A stretch of DNA of 64,000 nt from Octopus sinensis (lineage: Eukaryota): the NCBI RefSeq assembly GCF_006345805.1, contig NW_021835999.1, positions 1 through 64,000 on the forward strand. Reading direction: 5' to 3'. Each line of letters starts with the position of its first letter. Position 1 is the first letter of the stretch. Both the position numbers and the translations under genes were made by a program. Under the pieces are notes generated by a model. It was not told the DNA's origin, did not search any database, and saw only the letters and a list, made by a program, of their open reading frames with translations. Shown piece after piece: positions 12,672 to 26,068 of this stretch.

Positions 12672-13580
12672 TTAATCGGGAGAAAACGTGAGTTGAAATA
12701 GCATAGAATGAACTCGTTTAACTTCCTGAAGAGAAGGCTTATAAGTGGACATGCCAATTTTCCTCACCCGACTGTCTCCACGACAAATAACCCCCGAAGA
12801 ATAAAACGTCTCGACATAAACAGGCGGAATATGCACAAATATAAGCAGACACTCCTCCAAATCCGCCCTCCATAGACCCATCAACTCCAAAATGTCCTAA
12901 CCAATAAACAAACAGAATACATTCTTCATCGACATAATTCCTCTCGTCCGCAAACTACTTCCAACTGAATGACACGAATTCTCCATTTTATGCTGACTTC
13001 CGCCTCTGCATGCTCTTGTCGTATAATGGGATAGACATTTACTCACGTAGAGGGACTCACTACAATATGCCAACTCGATGGTACCCCTGGAATATTGCCG
13101 CCGCCGTTTTACTGGAGGACATTACAAATACTGCCGTTTTTCCACATTTCAGACTTTCCAGGCTATTTTTAACGGTTTTTGAGGATTGGAGTATTTCTCG
13201 ACGATAAAAATAGGTTTTTTCGTTTATGGAGAACGAGAGAGGGTTGGAAGGACTTGGGGTCTGCTCAATGACTGGAGGTTTGGTCTCGTAGTTCCCTGAT
13301 GAGAATTCCTCTATAGTTATGGGTTCTTGTCCTTGACTCACAGCAAAAATATTGGAAGAATGCCAGTCTGATTTGAAATGTTGTCTCTGTTTATTAGTAG
13401 ATTTTATACCTGGCTATTCAGATTGTCGAAAATGCATTTGCAGGTGGAACAACTGAATTTTGATATAATTGTACTCTTTGTGAATGTATTGTTGCAATTT
13501 TTTTGAGCTTGATTGGGCAATGTTTCATTAAATGTGGCTTTATTTAGATTAAGATCGAATAGACTCAAATGATGCAACAT
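12672..13580 (-). CDS. ANKZF1: ANKZF1/Vms1-like ribosome quality-control factor (C2H2 finger + VLRF1 domain only)
   Basis: MLHHLSLFDL..CSTCKCIFDNLNSQ|RQHFKSDWHSSN zinc finger; VFVMSSSKTAAAIF; HYTTRACRGGSQ..HSVGSSLR; DSRVRKIGMSTYKPSLQEVKRVH then stop. Three ~23-27 nt introns inferred. Confidence 0.8.
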
Positions 13581-13877
13581 CAAGAACTTGATTAGTTAAA
13601 TTCAAATATTTATTTTTTAATTAATTTTTTATTAGTAATAAATATAATTAATACTCTTTTTAATTGAAGAGTATTTTTTTATAGGAGATTGTTTCATCGC
13701 AATTTTTTACGTGAAATTTATCAAAAATATTCTCAATTAATTTGTATAGAAATTTAAATATTGAAACTCATATTTAAAACTATATTTATCAATTAATATT
13801 ATATTTATATAATAAAATAATATCTAAATTTTAAATAAATAACTTTACATTTTTGTTTACTTGGCATATATAATCCT
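13581..13877. promoter_or_regulatory. Putative bidirectional promoter between ANKZF1-like and PI4KA
   Basis: 297-bp, extremely AT-rich gap between divergent ATGs; positional inference only. Confidence 0.4.
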
Positions 13878-16800
13878 ATGCCAAACTACATAATAAATGC
13901 TGCCCTCTGTTTCGCCAAGATCAAAGATTTGGAATGGGATAAGGCAAGGGTATCTATACATGATAGATTTCGGCGATTTTGTCACAATACCCCGAACTGT
14001 CCCACAAAAATATTCTCTTTAAAAAATCAACTTTCGAAGGTTTAGTCGCCCTCGGAGTATATTTTATAAAATCAAATTTCAAAGTAATATTTTTACGTAA
14101 AATATAGTTCGCTGACAAATTGTTGCCACTGTTCACATCCCTCCTCTCCGGAATAGAAAAAATCACTTTTGTCCCCCCATCGACCCTCAAAGGTTGACAA
14201 AATAGCCAAATGTCTGCAGGATATTCATTAGAGGAGACAACTGCACGTGTTCTCTGTTGTATCCTGAACGATTATGTCACTTCAGGAGAATTACACCCAG
14301 TCCAAGAATTTTCTCATATCGTAAACATTCAACTATCAATAATTGTGTCAATCTTTCACAAAATCGACCAGAATTTATGTTTTATTTATTTATTTTTATA
14401 ATTTAGGTTCTGAGTTGCTTTTTTCGCACTGTTTGGTCCTCAGAGGAATTCTCCTGTCGTTTGGTAGAGCAGAGGAGTCGTCTTTCTTTGCCTTGATTGG
14501 GTCACTTAACATGATTGAGAGTGACTCGAGCGAATGTAAAACGTCTTTTTTCTCACGTTATTCTTCGCGTTATTTTTGGAATGATTTGGACGAGAAAGTG
14601 TCTCCTCGGTGTAAAGTTGAGTCAAAAATGGTCCTGAATGGAGACCAGTGGAGTATTATAGTCCAACTAGTAGGCTGGTTTTATTCATTTAAGTTGTCTT
14701 CACTTAAATCTACAGTCGGCAAACTTGAAAACGTGGATAAGTGGAGTCAACAGCCAATTTCTGATGTCATTTTTGTAAATTTTTGCACAATGATATTCCA
14801 CAATACCCGAGGGGATGATACCCGGAATATTCCCCAGTTGTCCTCTCTTTATTTATCACAGACGTCCTCTCTTATTCAATACTCTCAAGGAATTGTACGA
14901 GAATGAACTTGCACTTCTTTCTTCCTGTCTTTCCAGCAGAACATTTAATCGACGTCGTTACCACAGGTCATTTCGGAGTTGTTCTGTGCTGCTCATATCG
15001 ATGGGACACACGGCTTATGAGGAGAGCAGTATTATGAGGGCACAATATTTCAGTCGCCGAAAGTCTTTGGAATAACCTCAAGACTCAACTCAATCACAAG
15101 CTCGAGGCTTCCAAGACCATTTTAATATTTCCACTTTTGCTTTCCTGCGTTCAAGTGCTCAAAAAGATAGCGTTGGGCTTTCCTTTTCTTGGGTCCTGTG
15201 TTATTGCTACTTTGAGGGACTTTCTGGTCGAGCCTGCCCCTCTAGTGGCATTTCTTCACGAGGTATCCTCATTATTTGAATTTTTGAAATGTTTTGGTGA
15301 AGAGAGTGTAAATTCAGAGGCAAAAATGGCCTATGAAGAGCTCCATAAAGTCGTATTTCATGTTTAACTCAGTAAATGGCCGAGGATTTATTGTTTAGAA
15401 TTATGTTGGTTGAAATGAAGGAAGATATGGTCCACGGATTCCTTTCTTCGCTCTCAAGACGGTTGTTTAGTGTTAAATCCGTGACCGGGTTGTGTGTAAT
15501 TTGGCATTTCCAGGCCTCTGATCGCCGTAGCCATCAATGCAATTCACATTTGTTCTGAAATTGCCATTTCCCACTCGAATATCCCCAAAATAGTGAGCTC
15601 AGTCTTCCATATTTTGACTTACAACTTTAATTCAAATCTCCTCCTTGACCGGACAATTGCCTTTGATGTCGTCAAAATGGTCACCTCTGGCTGTGTTGTT
15701 CTCGTTTTGTATTGTAGACGAGTATATATGACTCCGCAATGAACTTTATGTCCCACCATACGGCAGAATTGACCAGGAAATCGTCTGGATCTGTACAAGT
15801 CGATAGTGATAGGTTTTTGTGCTTATTTTATTGAAGGTTTGATGTCATTTTGGAGGCTTTTAATGTTTTGGCGGGAAATATAATGGATGGTCAACTTCGA
15901 AACGACATTCTCGTGAGACTTTTACAGATTTTTGTCAAATCAGGGTCATCGCTGATAAGTCCTCGTATACAGGAATATCAGAGGAGTATACTGACCCACA
16001 AAATAAATTCTCTCATCCTCACAATTGCTAAGGTCACCTGTGTGGGTTTTTTGGCAGATCATAGCTCTGATTAACGTGCTTGATCACCCTTCTTTTTATT
16101 TCCTTTTTTGTGACTTTTGGATTATCATTGCAGTTTTGGGTCTTCATTCGACACCAATTGGTTTATTTTAATGATGGAGTTTGTAGGAAATGATTGGACT
16201 GGGGAACACCATGCGGCCATTCGAGTGGTGGCCTGTCACTCGCCAGTGATGTCTTCTTCCGATTATATTCTCAAAGAACGCTACGGAATTAGCTCCAAGA
16301 GTTCTCTTGCGAAAATGACCGTTTGACCTCAAATTTACTTGGAGGGAGACATTTTGACATTTCGTGGAAGATTGGTTGCAATTCTCGACAATTCAGACAC
16401 TTCCGTGATTAATCGACTCGATTTGTCTTCATGTGCTTATTTAACGGGGATTTTTGCGTTGGAAAACTTGCGGTAGTCCCTCATTTGGATGTGTAGGACT
16501 CTAAGTTGTGCGGATTTGAGTTGGGCAGTCCGACAAATATATACATACGTGGAAGACAAGCACTTTATACGCGACAAACTGGGTGAAACTCATTTTATCG
16601 TGATGGACAGGTTTACACCAACTAATAAAGACACTCTCCTGCATACTCTTCAATAATTGTCTCAATTTGCTGGTTGTGTTCTGTTTGGTGAGGAATAGAT
16701 GGCTGGAGAACGGGAAAAGGACGCTGAGAAAATCGCAACTTTTCTCCTTGTCAAATTCAACTCGGAGGAAAAGATAATTTGTGGGTTAGCGGACTCACAT

Positions 16801-19800
16801 CTGTCAGAGTTAGTCAACAAGTTTGTAGAATTGACTCAAATTGGTAGAATTCCGCAGGTTTTGTGGAGTAAACATGTTTTAACAACAATGTTGGATATAT
16901 TCCACACGTTGACTAATTCCGTGACTGTTCTTGATAAAATTTGACAGGTCGGGAGGTATTTGGACTCACACAGTGCCATCGTAGACACGTGTGTCCTCGA
17001 TTTGAAAGACACCTATGCAGATCAAAAAGTAGGCTTATTTGTTCACGTTAGGAAACGGCCACGATATTCCAGTCGAGATGCACTGAGATCCTCAAAGAGG
17101 CAGTCAAATTTGCCCCAGGACAAACTCGGTCGACTTTGATTGTACATTTGTCTGTCTACTTTAGCAATACCTTATCGACGAGAACGGGAAACACGGGAAT
17201 TCTACAATCACCGTCATAATACAGTCACTGTTGTATGAATACTCCACAAAGACCACACACGTGCCATCCACACTGGTTGTGATTGACCATCCATATTTCT
17301 CATTTGTGTCAATTCTTCAAAGACGAGTGGCCTATTTGAATGAAGTCGATTAGAGTGGTGATTTGTAGGTCAAAGTGCTTGTGGGAATACAGTCAAGGCA
17401 GAGTATTTTTGAATCCTTCCACAGAGAGTACACACTGGCCACTCAGACGGAGGATTATCACTTATTCGAGACATGTCTTCACAAAATGACTGCCTTGCTA
17501 ATTCTGAACGAGGAAGGGGATCACCTCAATAAACGACTACTCAACTTTATTTCTTTTGCTCCTATCAAATTTTTTTCTGAAAAAACAGTAATGTCGGCTG
17601 TGTCTTGTTGGGAGTGGATTTTAGCCACCAAGAACCAGGATTATGAACTGGAGGTATATTCGTCTTTTCTTATTAGAGCTTATCATTGCTATTTCTAAAG
17701 CATTTGTGGAGACTGTTAGACAAAAAATGGGCTTTTTTAACACGCAAGATTTTAGGAATGACCCTTTGACTGTCAGACAAGACAATCTCGTTGATTTGTC
17801 AAAAATGCCATCTTTGGTGGCACATGAACCATGGCTTATGGTTTCTCCCTGTTTAACATTTATTTCAGTTTTTGCACGAGAAAGTGGAAACTAAGAAATA
17901 TTCGAGTCAGAAATATTCGAATATTTTTATGAACATGATTTGTTTGTGTCTCAACGAAGAGAGACAGTTGTTTTCCTCGACGACCCTCGTCTTTGGACTG
18001 GTCGCCAAGTTGGACTGGAAATGTCATTTAGATTTCTGTCTATTGGATTTGCCCTGATACAAACTGAAAGAAACAAATCCAGAAAGATATGTGGAATCTT
18101 ACGTTATCGACTGTACTTTACACTCGTTCGATTTTTTGCGTACTTTCTGGTCTGTAATGTGCAGATGCAATCCAATGTCACCAGAACAGTCTGGCAAGAC
18201 GTTACAGCGGGATGTGGTTTATATGAACTGTCTCTGGCATTACATTCACAGGGAAAAGAAGTTTATTTGTGCATATTCGATTGGTTGTCAAATTTCTGAC
18301 TCAGTTGTAGACTCTTCGGACTGCACTATTTCCTCGACTCAACAATCACTCAAAAGTAACATTATTTGTCTCACTCAGGTACCTCAAAGTCCAAAGAAAG
18401 AATATTAATCACTAAAAGGAATTTGTTGCTTGTTTTATTGGTCTCTGGCTTGTTGTTTATTTAAAGGCCATTGAAATTGAAAATTTTATAGTTTGGTACA
18501 ATCCGATGGATTTGACTGAATTGAACGAACTCGAGGACAAGACAATCACATCGTGGAGAGCCATACACATCAAAGACAAGTCTTTGGTGGAATATGCTAC
18601 TTATGCGTGGGAGATCCTTCCATGTTCTGCTGTGTTCTATGCTATTCGGTAATTTATCCTATTTCTATACATTTAGGATAAGGAGTTCAGAAATGGTCAA
18701 TGCTGAGGTTAGAAAACTCGTGAGAGGGAATCCCGTGGAGGTTTGTCATGTCCCGGAAGCACTCACATTTTTTGTGTCGACTTACCTTGTCGAATCAGAC
18801 TCGACTATGGTTTTTTGTAGAATTTTTGACTATAAAGTTAAACCACGTGACTGCATGGGTTCCGTGTTCCCCGGTGGTGGCTCTTTCGTTTTTCCTGAAG
18901 AACTTGAGTGCCCATCCTACTCTCCAAAAGTATGCAACATCAGTGTTGGGGAACTATTCCGTTGATGTGATCATCAGATATATTTTACAGATTGTCCAGG
19001 CTCTGAGAAATGACAAGGTGACAGTCTAGAGTGACCCCGAGTAGTTAGGATTTATGCGTTCCTTGTCCTTTCTGCGTCTCAACGATCACAGCTGTTGGCT
19101 CATCAATTCCTATGGAATCTAAAGAGTAATTTAGATGACGGAAATGCAGGTGGTATTTAAGGAATTGACATGTAGACAATCCTGCTACTCGACTGTCTGA
19201 CGACATTGTCTCCAATATGACCTCAGAAGGCAGGGAAGTGTACGACAAACAAATCAAGTTTATCGATGAAATAATCAACGTCTCTGGCCTTATTAGGTTG
19301 AGTGTGTTTTTCAGTCTCAGGGAGTTTCCTAAAGGGCCTAAACGAGACATTGCTTGTGTCCAAGAATTGTCTAAAGTGTCACTTGTAGAAAGTAGGGATG
19401 TCTGTTTATGTTTTAGATTGTTATCTTCCATCCAATCCGGAATGTATTATTTTGGGAATTGACTGCAAGTCGGCTGTATCCCTCCAGAGGTTATATTTGT
19501 GGTCTGATTGCCTAGTGCTGAGAAAGCTCCTTATCTAGTCAAGTTTAAAGTGCAGCAGTTGAGGTTAGATCAAGTTGAGAAGATTTGTCGAGGAGAAATG
19601 AGGAGGCCTACTGGGAAGGAGAACTGGTTGGGAGCAATCATGAAGGTCGGTGATGATGTCAGACAGGTAAAATGAAATATTTATATTAAAGGATGCCCTG
19701 GCTCTTCAGTTCATGGAGTTGTTCTCTGTGATATGCACGAGTATTCAACTCAATGTTTACTTCCGCCCTTATAGAGTGGTCTCCACTTCTTGTTCGGTGG

Positions 19801-20501
19801 GACGTGTGTTGTATTGGTAGAGTGGGATTATTGAGTGTGTGCCTTCTTGCATGTCACGGAGTAAGATTGGGGACGAGACTGACACTTCTCTTTTTGATTT
19901 TTTCAAGTCTCGTTACGGAGGGGAAAAGTCCCAGACGTTTTTGGATGCTCGAAGGTGTTTTATCGAGAGCATGGCCGCCTACAGTGTCTTTTGCTATTTG
20001 TTGCAAGTCAAAGACAGACATAATGGGAATATTATGATTAGTGATCAGGGTCACGTCATCCACATTGGTGGAATATGTATTTTAACCGCAGATTTTGGAT
20101 TTTTGTTTGAGACTTCTCCTGGGGGGAATTTGGGATGGGAACCCGACTTTAAACTCACTGAGGAAATGCTTCAAATAATGGGCGGTCGAGCTGACTCGCC
20201 TCATTTCCAATATTTCACTGAGTTGTGCATAAAAGCCTTTCTGGCTATCAGGTTATGTTTGTGTTTATTGTGTAGGCCATATACGGACTCTATTCTGACA
20301 CTGGTCACGCTGATGACCGATAGTGGATTCCCTTGCTTTCGAGGGAATTCAATCCGTCTCCTATCAAGTCGACTGAGTGCAAACTTGTCGTATCGTGGGG
20401 CTGCTCAGCATATGAAAAAGATTATAGATAATTGCTTTCTTAGTATTCGCGCTCGTACATACGATGTTATGCAATATGTTCAGAACAGGATTGCTTATTG
20501 A
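13878..20501 (+). CDS. PI4KA: Phosphatidylinositol 4-kinase alpha (type IIIa), many tiny introns
   Basis: N-terminal EGLVALGVYFIKS; YILQIVQALRND; LQSAEKAPYLVKFKV; IMKVGDDVRQD; YLLQVKDRHNGNIM; HI|DFGFLFETSPGGNLGWEPDFKLTEEM; C-terminal TYDVMQYVQNRIAY*. Confidence 0.93.
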
Positions 20502-20576
20502 TTAAATATAAACTATTTTTTATCTTATCGATTGGTTTTTGGCTTTAAATGGCTATTAATTAGGACAGAAATTGTT

Positions 20577-21335
<759 letters not shown>

Positions 21336-22315
21336 TAAAAGACAGTTCCTATCAAATTTTCTAATTTTATTTGTAAATTATATTATTAATAATATAACTA
21401 ATATTACTTTAATAATTATTTTTACAAATAATTTCCACAAAAGTAGTTTTTAACAGTAAGTCGATAACAGCTTTAATAATTAGTACATAAAACCAACTAA
21501 TTTCTTGAATAGTGAAATTAATCTAAATTGAAAAATTGTTATATCGGATAATCGACAGGAAATAGATATTATTTATTAAAACAAAACCAAATTTAACTGA
21601 GTTTAGATTATTTAAATAAGATTTTCAATCCTTATTTTTGAATATCTCTTTCTTCCTTTTTGAGGTAGAATTTTCTACTAGTTTCTCACTCTCCTCTCTA
21701 TCTCTTCGTCAGACAAATAAATTAAATTGATTTTAAAGTCATTATATTTTCAAAGACAGATAGTCGATATATTTTTGGTAAAAAATTAATAATTAACGAC
21801 TTCCAGCCGGATTATTGTTCTCAAAGGATTACAAGTAGAATAGCCAAACCATTCCCCTGTTTGGAGATTCCTACTTTAATCTCAGAAATATGGAATCACT
21901 GGTTTTAAAGACAAGGGAAACAAAGAAGAGTCCAATAGAGACATATTTGTGTTTCTTCGATTTTCGAAGAGTCATATTCCGGAGTTACAGCGAAGAAGTT
22001 AAGGGTAAAATGTCATTTTATCATGACATTTTCCCGGTAGAACCTAACTAGTTTAAAAATTAAAGCAACTCCAGCCGCATGTTGTCGTTCACAATGTTAC
22101 AGCCAAGGAGATATTTAATTTCAAGGCAACATAGTATGAAACAATCAAATTTCAGCTTTTTGTAACTGAAGTCTCCAAATATTTTCAGTTAGTAGTAATC
22201 CTAAGAGTTATTTGGTTAATTAATTTTAAAATCAATGATAATTAAAATTAAGTATTTTATCAGCAAACCATTTATTAAATAAAAGTAGGGGTCTTATATT
22301 ACACTAATTCATAAA

Positions 22316-23480
22316 ATGAAGCTCCTTACTGTATTTTCACAGGCTGTGGTCAATTCAGAATCAAGAAAAGATGATGACAAGGCTGACAGGCTGAACTATC
22401 GGTATGGAGCAGCATTGTTGATTGCCTTCAGTGTGATTGTCCTTACTGAAAACTACGTTGGTAAACCAATTCACTGCCTGTCCTCAGGACTAGTTGGCTA
22501 TGCCGAATATGCTCACAAATTATGTTATATGAAGGGCACTTATTTTGTGCCACACGGTGCACAGTTTCCCTAAAACCCAGGAAGAAATAAACAGTAGGAC
22601 TGTTTATTACTATCACTGGATTCAATTCATATTTATGATTTTGGCATTTTTGTATTACATCCCAATTATCATTTGGAGAACATATTCTTCCAAATCTGGA
22701 TTTTCTCTTTCTAAGAATATTCAAACGTGCATCAAAGCACGAAATTCCGTCACAGTTGCTGACAAAAAACGACTTATTAAATGTGTTTCTGATGAAATCA
22801 GCAATTACGTTTCCAGAAGAAACCTTCCAATGTCGACTACAAGCTACATTTTCTATTTGATTAAAACGATTACAATGTTTGGGGGACGTCGACAGGGAAA
22901 CTATTTTACCATTTCCTATTTAATCTGCAAAATATTGTTTCTGGTCAGCATTTGTTTACAGATCATATTGCTTAACAAATTCTTGGGTTTTCAATTTCAG
23001 AAATACGGGCTTTTCCTCATAAACGAATATGTTCATGGACGGGAAATCAACGAATCATCTTTCTTTCCTCGAGTTACATATTGCACTTTTTCAATACGAA
23101 ATTTCAACACTGTGAATACTTATACTCTGCAATGTGTTCTACAAATAAACTTATTTTTGGAGAAAATATTTCTCGCACTTTGGGTTTTTTATATGATTGC
23201 CGGAATATACTCATTGTGCTATTTCTTCAGCTGGCTTTATTATCTCACTAGTCTACGAAAAAGAGTGTCATGCATCAAGATACATTTGCCATCTGTGGAC
23301 GAACATAATTCTACTGTCACAGATTTTGTCTCAAAATATCTTAAAACTGACGGATGTTTCATCATTCGAATGATATCACATAATGTGGATAAAGTTACTG
23401 CTGATGACATTGTGGATTCCTGCTGGATGGACTACCTTGAATTTAACGAAGTAATCGGAAATCGCCAAGGAATTTTATAG
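22316..23480 (+). CDS. Innexin (gap junction protein), one frame disruption at ~22568-22573
   Basis: DDDKADRLNYRY, YVGKPIHC, YAHKLCYMKGTYFVP, YYHWIQFIF..FYIPIIIWR, FPRVTYCTF, TLQCVLQINLFLEKIFLALW, FVSKYLKTDGCFIIRMI are innexin signatures. Confidence 0.93.
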
Positions 23481-23590
23481 AATCTGCCTTTCGGGGAAAA
23501 TTTATATTAGTTTAATTCCAGATTTAACATTTACTTGGTTTTGTTCATTATTTGGTTCTTTGTTAAAGCCCGAATTTTAGTATTCTAAAG

Positions 23591-26068
23591 CAGGGGTTCT
23601 CAATCTATTTTACTCGTTCAATGTTAAGTTATTATTTTAGCCTAAATCTATAATAAAAAACAATTGAATACTAATGTGACTGGTGGTTTTTTACTAAAAT
23701 TTTGATATCTGGCTCTATTTGTTTTAAACTATTGACGCATGTAATCTGCCTCGTTCTATATTTAAAAATTGATGTAAAGTGCTAAATCCACATTCAACAC
23801 AGTATGATGTCAGAAAATAGAATGTTATTTTGTTCCACAATGTTGGATGAGTCTTTTTCACTTTCATATTTTGCCAAAAAATAAGTGCCGTTTGTAAATC
23901 ATTATAATATAACATTAATTCTGGATTGAATTTTAACATAATCGGGTCTTTTCCCATCTCCACGATCTAAGCCCACTGGCTCTAGGATCGAGGGGAAGCC
24001 CACCGACTCAAGAGCTCTTAAGATAACATTGTTAATAGCGGAGTGCCGAGGAGCTCGGCCAGCACTTCGTTTGCAAGAGAGTGGGTGTACACCTTTGACG
24101 TCAACCATTTTTCCACATCTACAACGATGTTGTTCGCAGATGTCAAGTCCGAGTCTCAGTGCAGTACCGATACGCATGCAGTCATCCTCTAATAATGTTC
24201 CGAGGCCAGCAATTGGCATAGCATTCAGCCATGACCCACTGTGTGGCACAGCTGCAGAGCGTAAGCAGGCGAGGCGGTGCTGGTCGAGCCTCATTGCCAG
24301 GTTGTCTGCGGTGAATTCGCAGCGTAATTTGTCCCAGCTCTGTTGGAGTGATGTTTGGATCGGGAATTTTAATCCTGATTCCTTCCACAGCATACATCCA
24401 TCTTCAAAAGGCCTGTCCAAAGAAGATTCGGGGGATTTATGTAGAATCTCCAAGGATAGCCTTCGGCAGGATGAGTGAGAGGACAGGAAAGCTGGGAGGG
24501 CAAGGTCCAGGGCGGATCTTAGGCCAGCTCCGCCAGAATTAAGAGGTAGTTTACACTGGGTCCACCCATCATTATCGAAACGGACATTTAGGATCCATTC
24601 GGCACACAATCTTAACGTATCATCGATAGAATGCAATATTTCATCTTGTATAAAGCAGGGCGAGCATCTCAATAAATATAACAGTTTGGGCACGTGGATG
24701 CAATTTTTGAGGAGGAAAAAGGCCGTGTGGGAGTCGAGTAGAGAGAGGCGTTCAGTAAAACGGGACATTTCGACACTCTTAGCTCTGAGGTGGTTTTGCA
24801 CTTCGGACTCTCCAAAAGGACACCCAAGAAAATAAACATCGTTGAGGCGTGTTTGTTTTGTGTCTGGCAAGATTTCTGAAATCTTTTCCATTACTAAGCC
24901 AAAGTCTTGAATTGGGACTGAGATATTTATGATCTCAGTTTTTTTGGTGTTGATTATCAGCCCCATTTTTGCCAGGGCAGAAACAATTTTATATAACTCA
25001 TCCAAGACGACATCAACAGGGCCACCAATAGTGGCATCGTCAAGGTACCAAAGGTTGAGAGGTGTCTTTACATTACGAGCCACCTCGTCGATTGACAGAG
25101 CGAATAGTAAGGGCCCAAGAGGGTCACCTTGTTGGACTCCAGTCCGTGAACGGACAATGTGTTTGTCAAAGACGAGCGAATTTTCGGACCCGTAAGCAAG
25201 GTGAGCCAGACTCATGATCTCTGGGGTACGCTGCGAGCACGATTCCAGCATCCTCGATCCTAGAGCCAGTGGGCTTAGATCGTGGAGATGGGAAAAGACC
25301 CGATGGAATGACCACTTTTCCCTACTCCTGTGGAAAATCGTTGGTTTGGGATTCAACGTGTGTTGACACCCATTCCAAAACTAATATGATCTCTTCTGCT
25401 GTTTCTCCAGGTTCTGCAGCAGATGCTGCAGAGCAAAGAAAAATTGCCAAATACGCAAATCTTGGACAACGGTACCGCTTCGTACCTATCGCTGTGGAGA
25501 CTTCTGGGGTAACCGGCCCTCTTACGACTTCTTTCATCAGAGAAGTCGGAGGAAAAGTTGCTAGGCGACGTGGGGAGCCTCGAGAAGTGTCATGGTTATT
25601 CCAACAAATTGGAATAGCTGTCGTTCGCGGCAATGCACACTCCATCATGCGTGCAACCGCAAGTGCCTTTTAATCATTGACTAACTTATTTCAATAATTA
25701 CGTTGTCTTATTAAAAAAAAACCATGGAATTTAAAAAATTTTAACATAATTAATTTCTTTGAATATTTTCTTTTTCGTCTGGGTTTGACAAAAAAGATTA
25801 ATCATCCAAGATAGAATTTCTAGTTCAAGAATGTCTTGGAATCGAGAATCCTTTAATTTTCTATGTATGCTAATAGTTTATCTTTTTTATCCAAATATTT
25901 TCTCCTAAGCTGATCCAACAATTTGTACGGTTTCATTGCATCAGTTAATTATTACACAATAAGCAATATACACCTTTTATTTTGCCTACAGAATCTCCTC
26001 TAAAATTGGTGTGGTTCTGTTCTCTTTTAAATGATTCCGGAAGGTATTCTGGATTGACTTCGGGAAGA
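23591..26068 (-). mobile_element. Decayed Buster-type hAT remnant interrupted by a CRE retrotransposon
   Basis: TIR-like CAGGGGTTCTCAA at 23591 after TTCTAAAG; C-terminal FLTSYCVECGFSTL..ERGRL motif. Right boundary not identified. Confidence 0.5.
23943..25736. mobile_element. CRE-clade (RLE) non-LTR retrotransposon, 5'-truncated with 5' inversion
   Basis: Minus part: [51 protein letters not shown]. Plus part: RPDG..WDSTCVD..AEQRKIAKY..FVPIAVETSG, then an A-rich tail. 14-bp TSD AATTTTAACATAAT at 23929-23942 and 25737-25750. Confidence 0.92.

Noticed and set aside
14210-19462. Many separate small genes, or an alternative genetic code / stop readthrough
   Set aside because: The stops and frame changes I checked fall within short GT-AG introns of one PI4KA gene; the standard code gives conserved motifs.
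21780-22200. Possible ncRNA or element upstream of the innexin (two CCAGCCG motifs)
   Set aside because: No recognisable structure, termini or coding similarity.
23902-25356. A 484-aa stand-alone RT gene (retron/DGR/group II-like)
   Set aside because: Both ORF ends are created by inversion junctions, and the motifs are those of a CRE non-LTR element.
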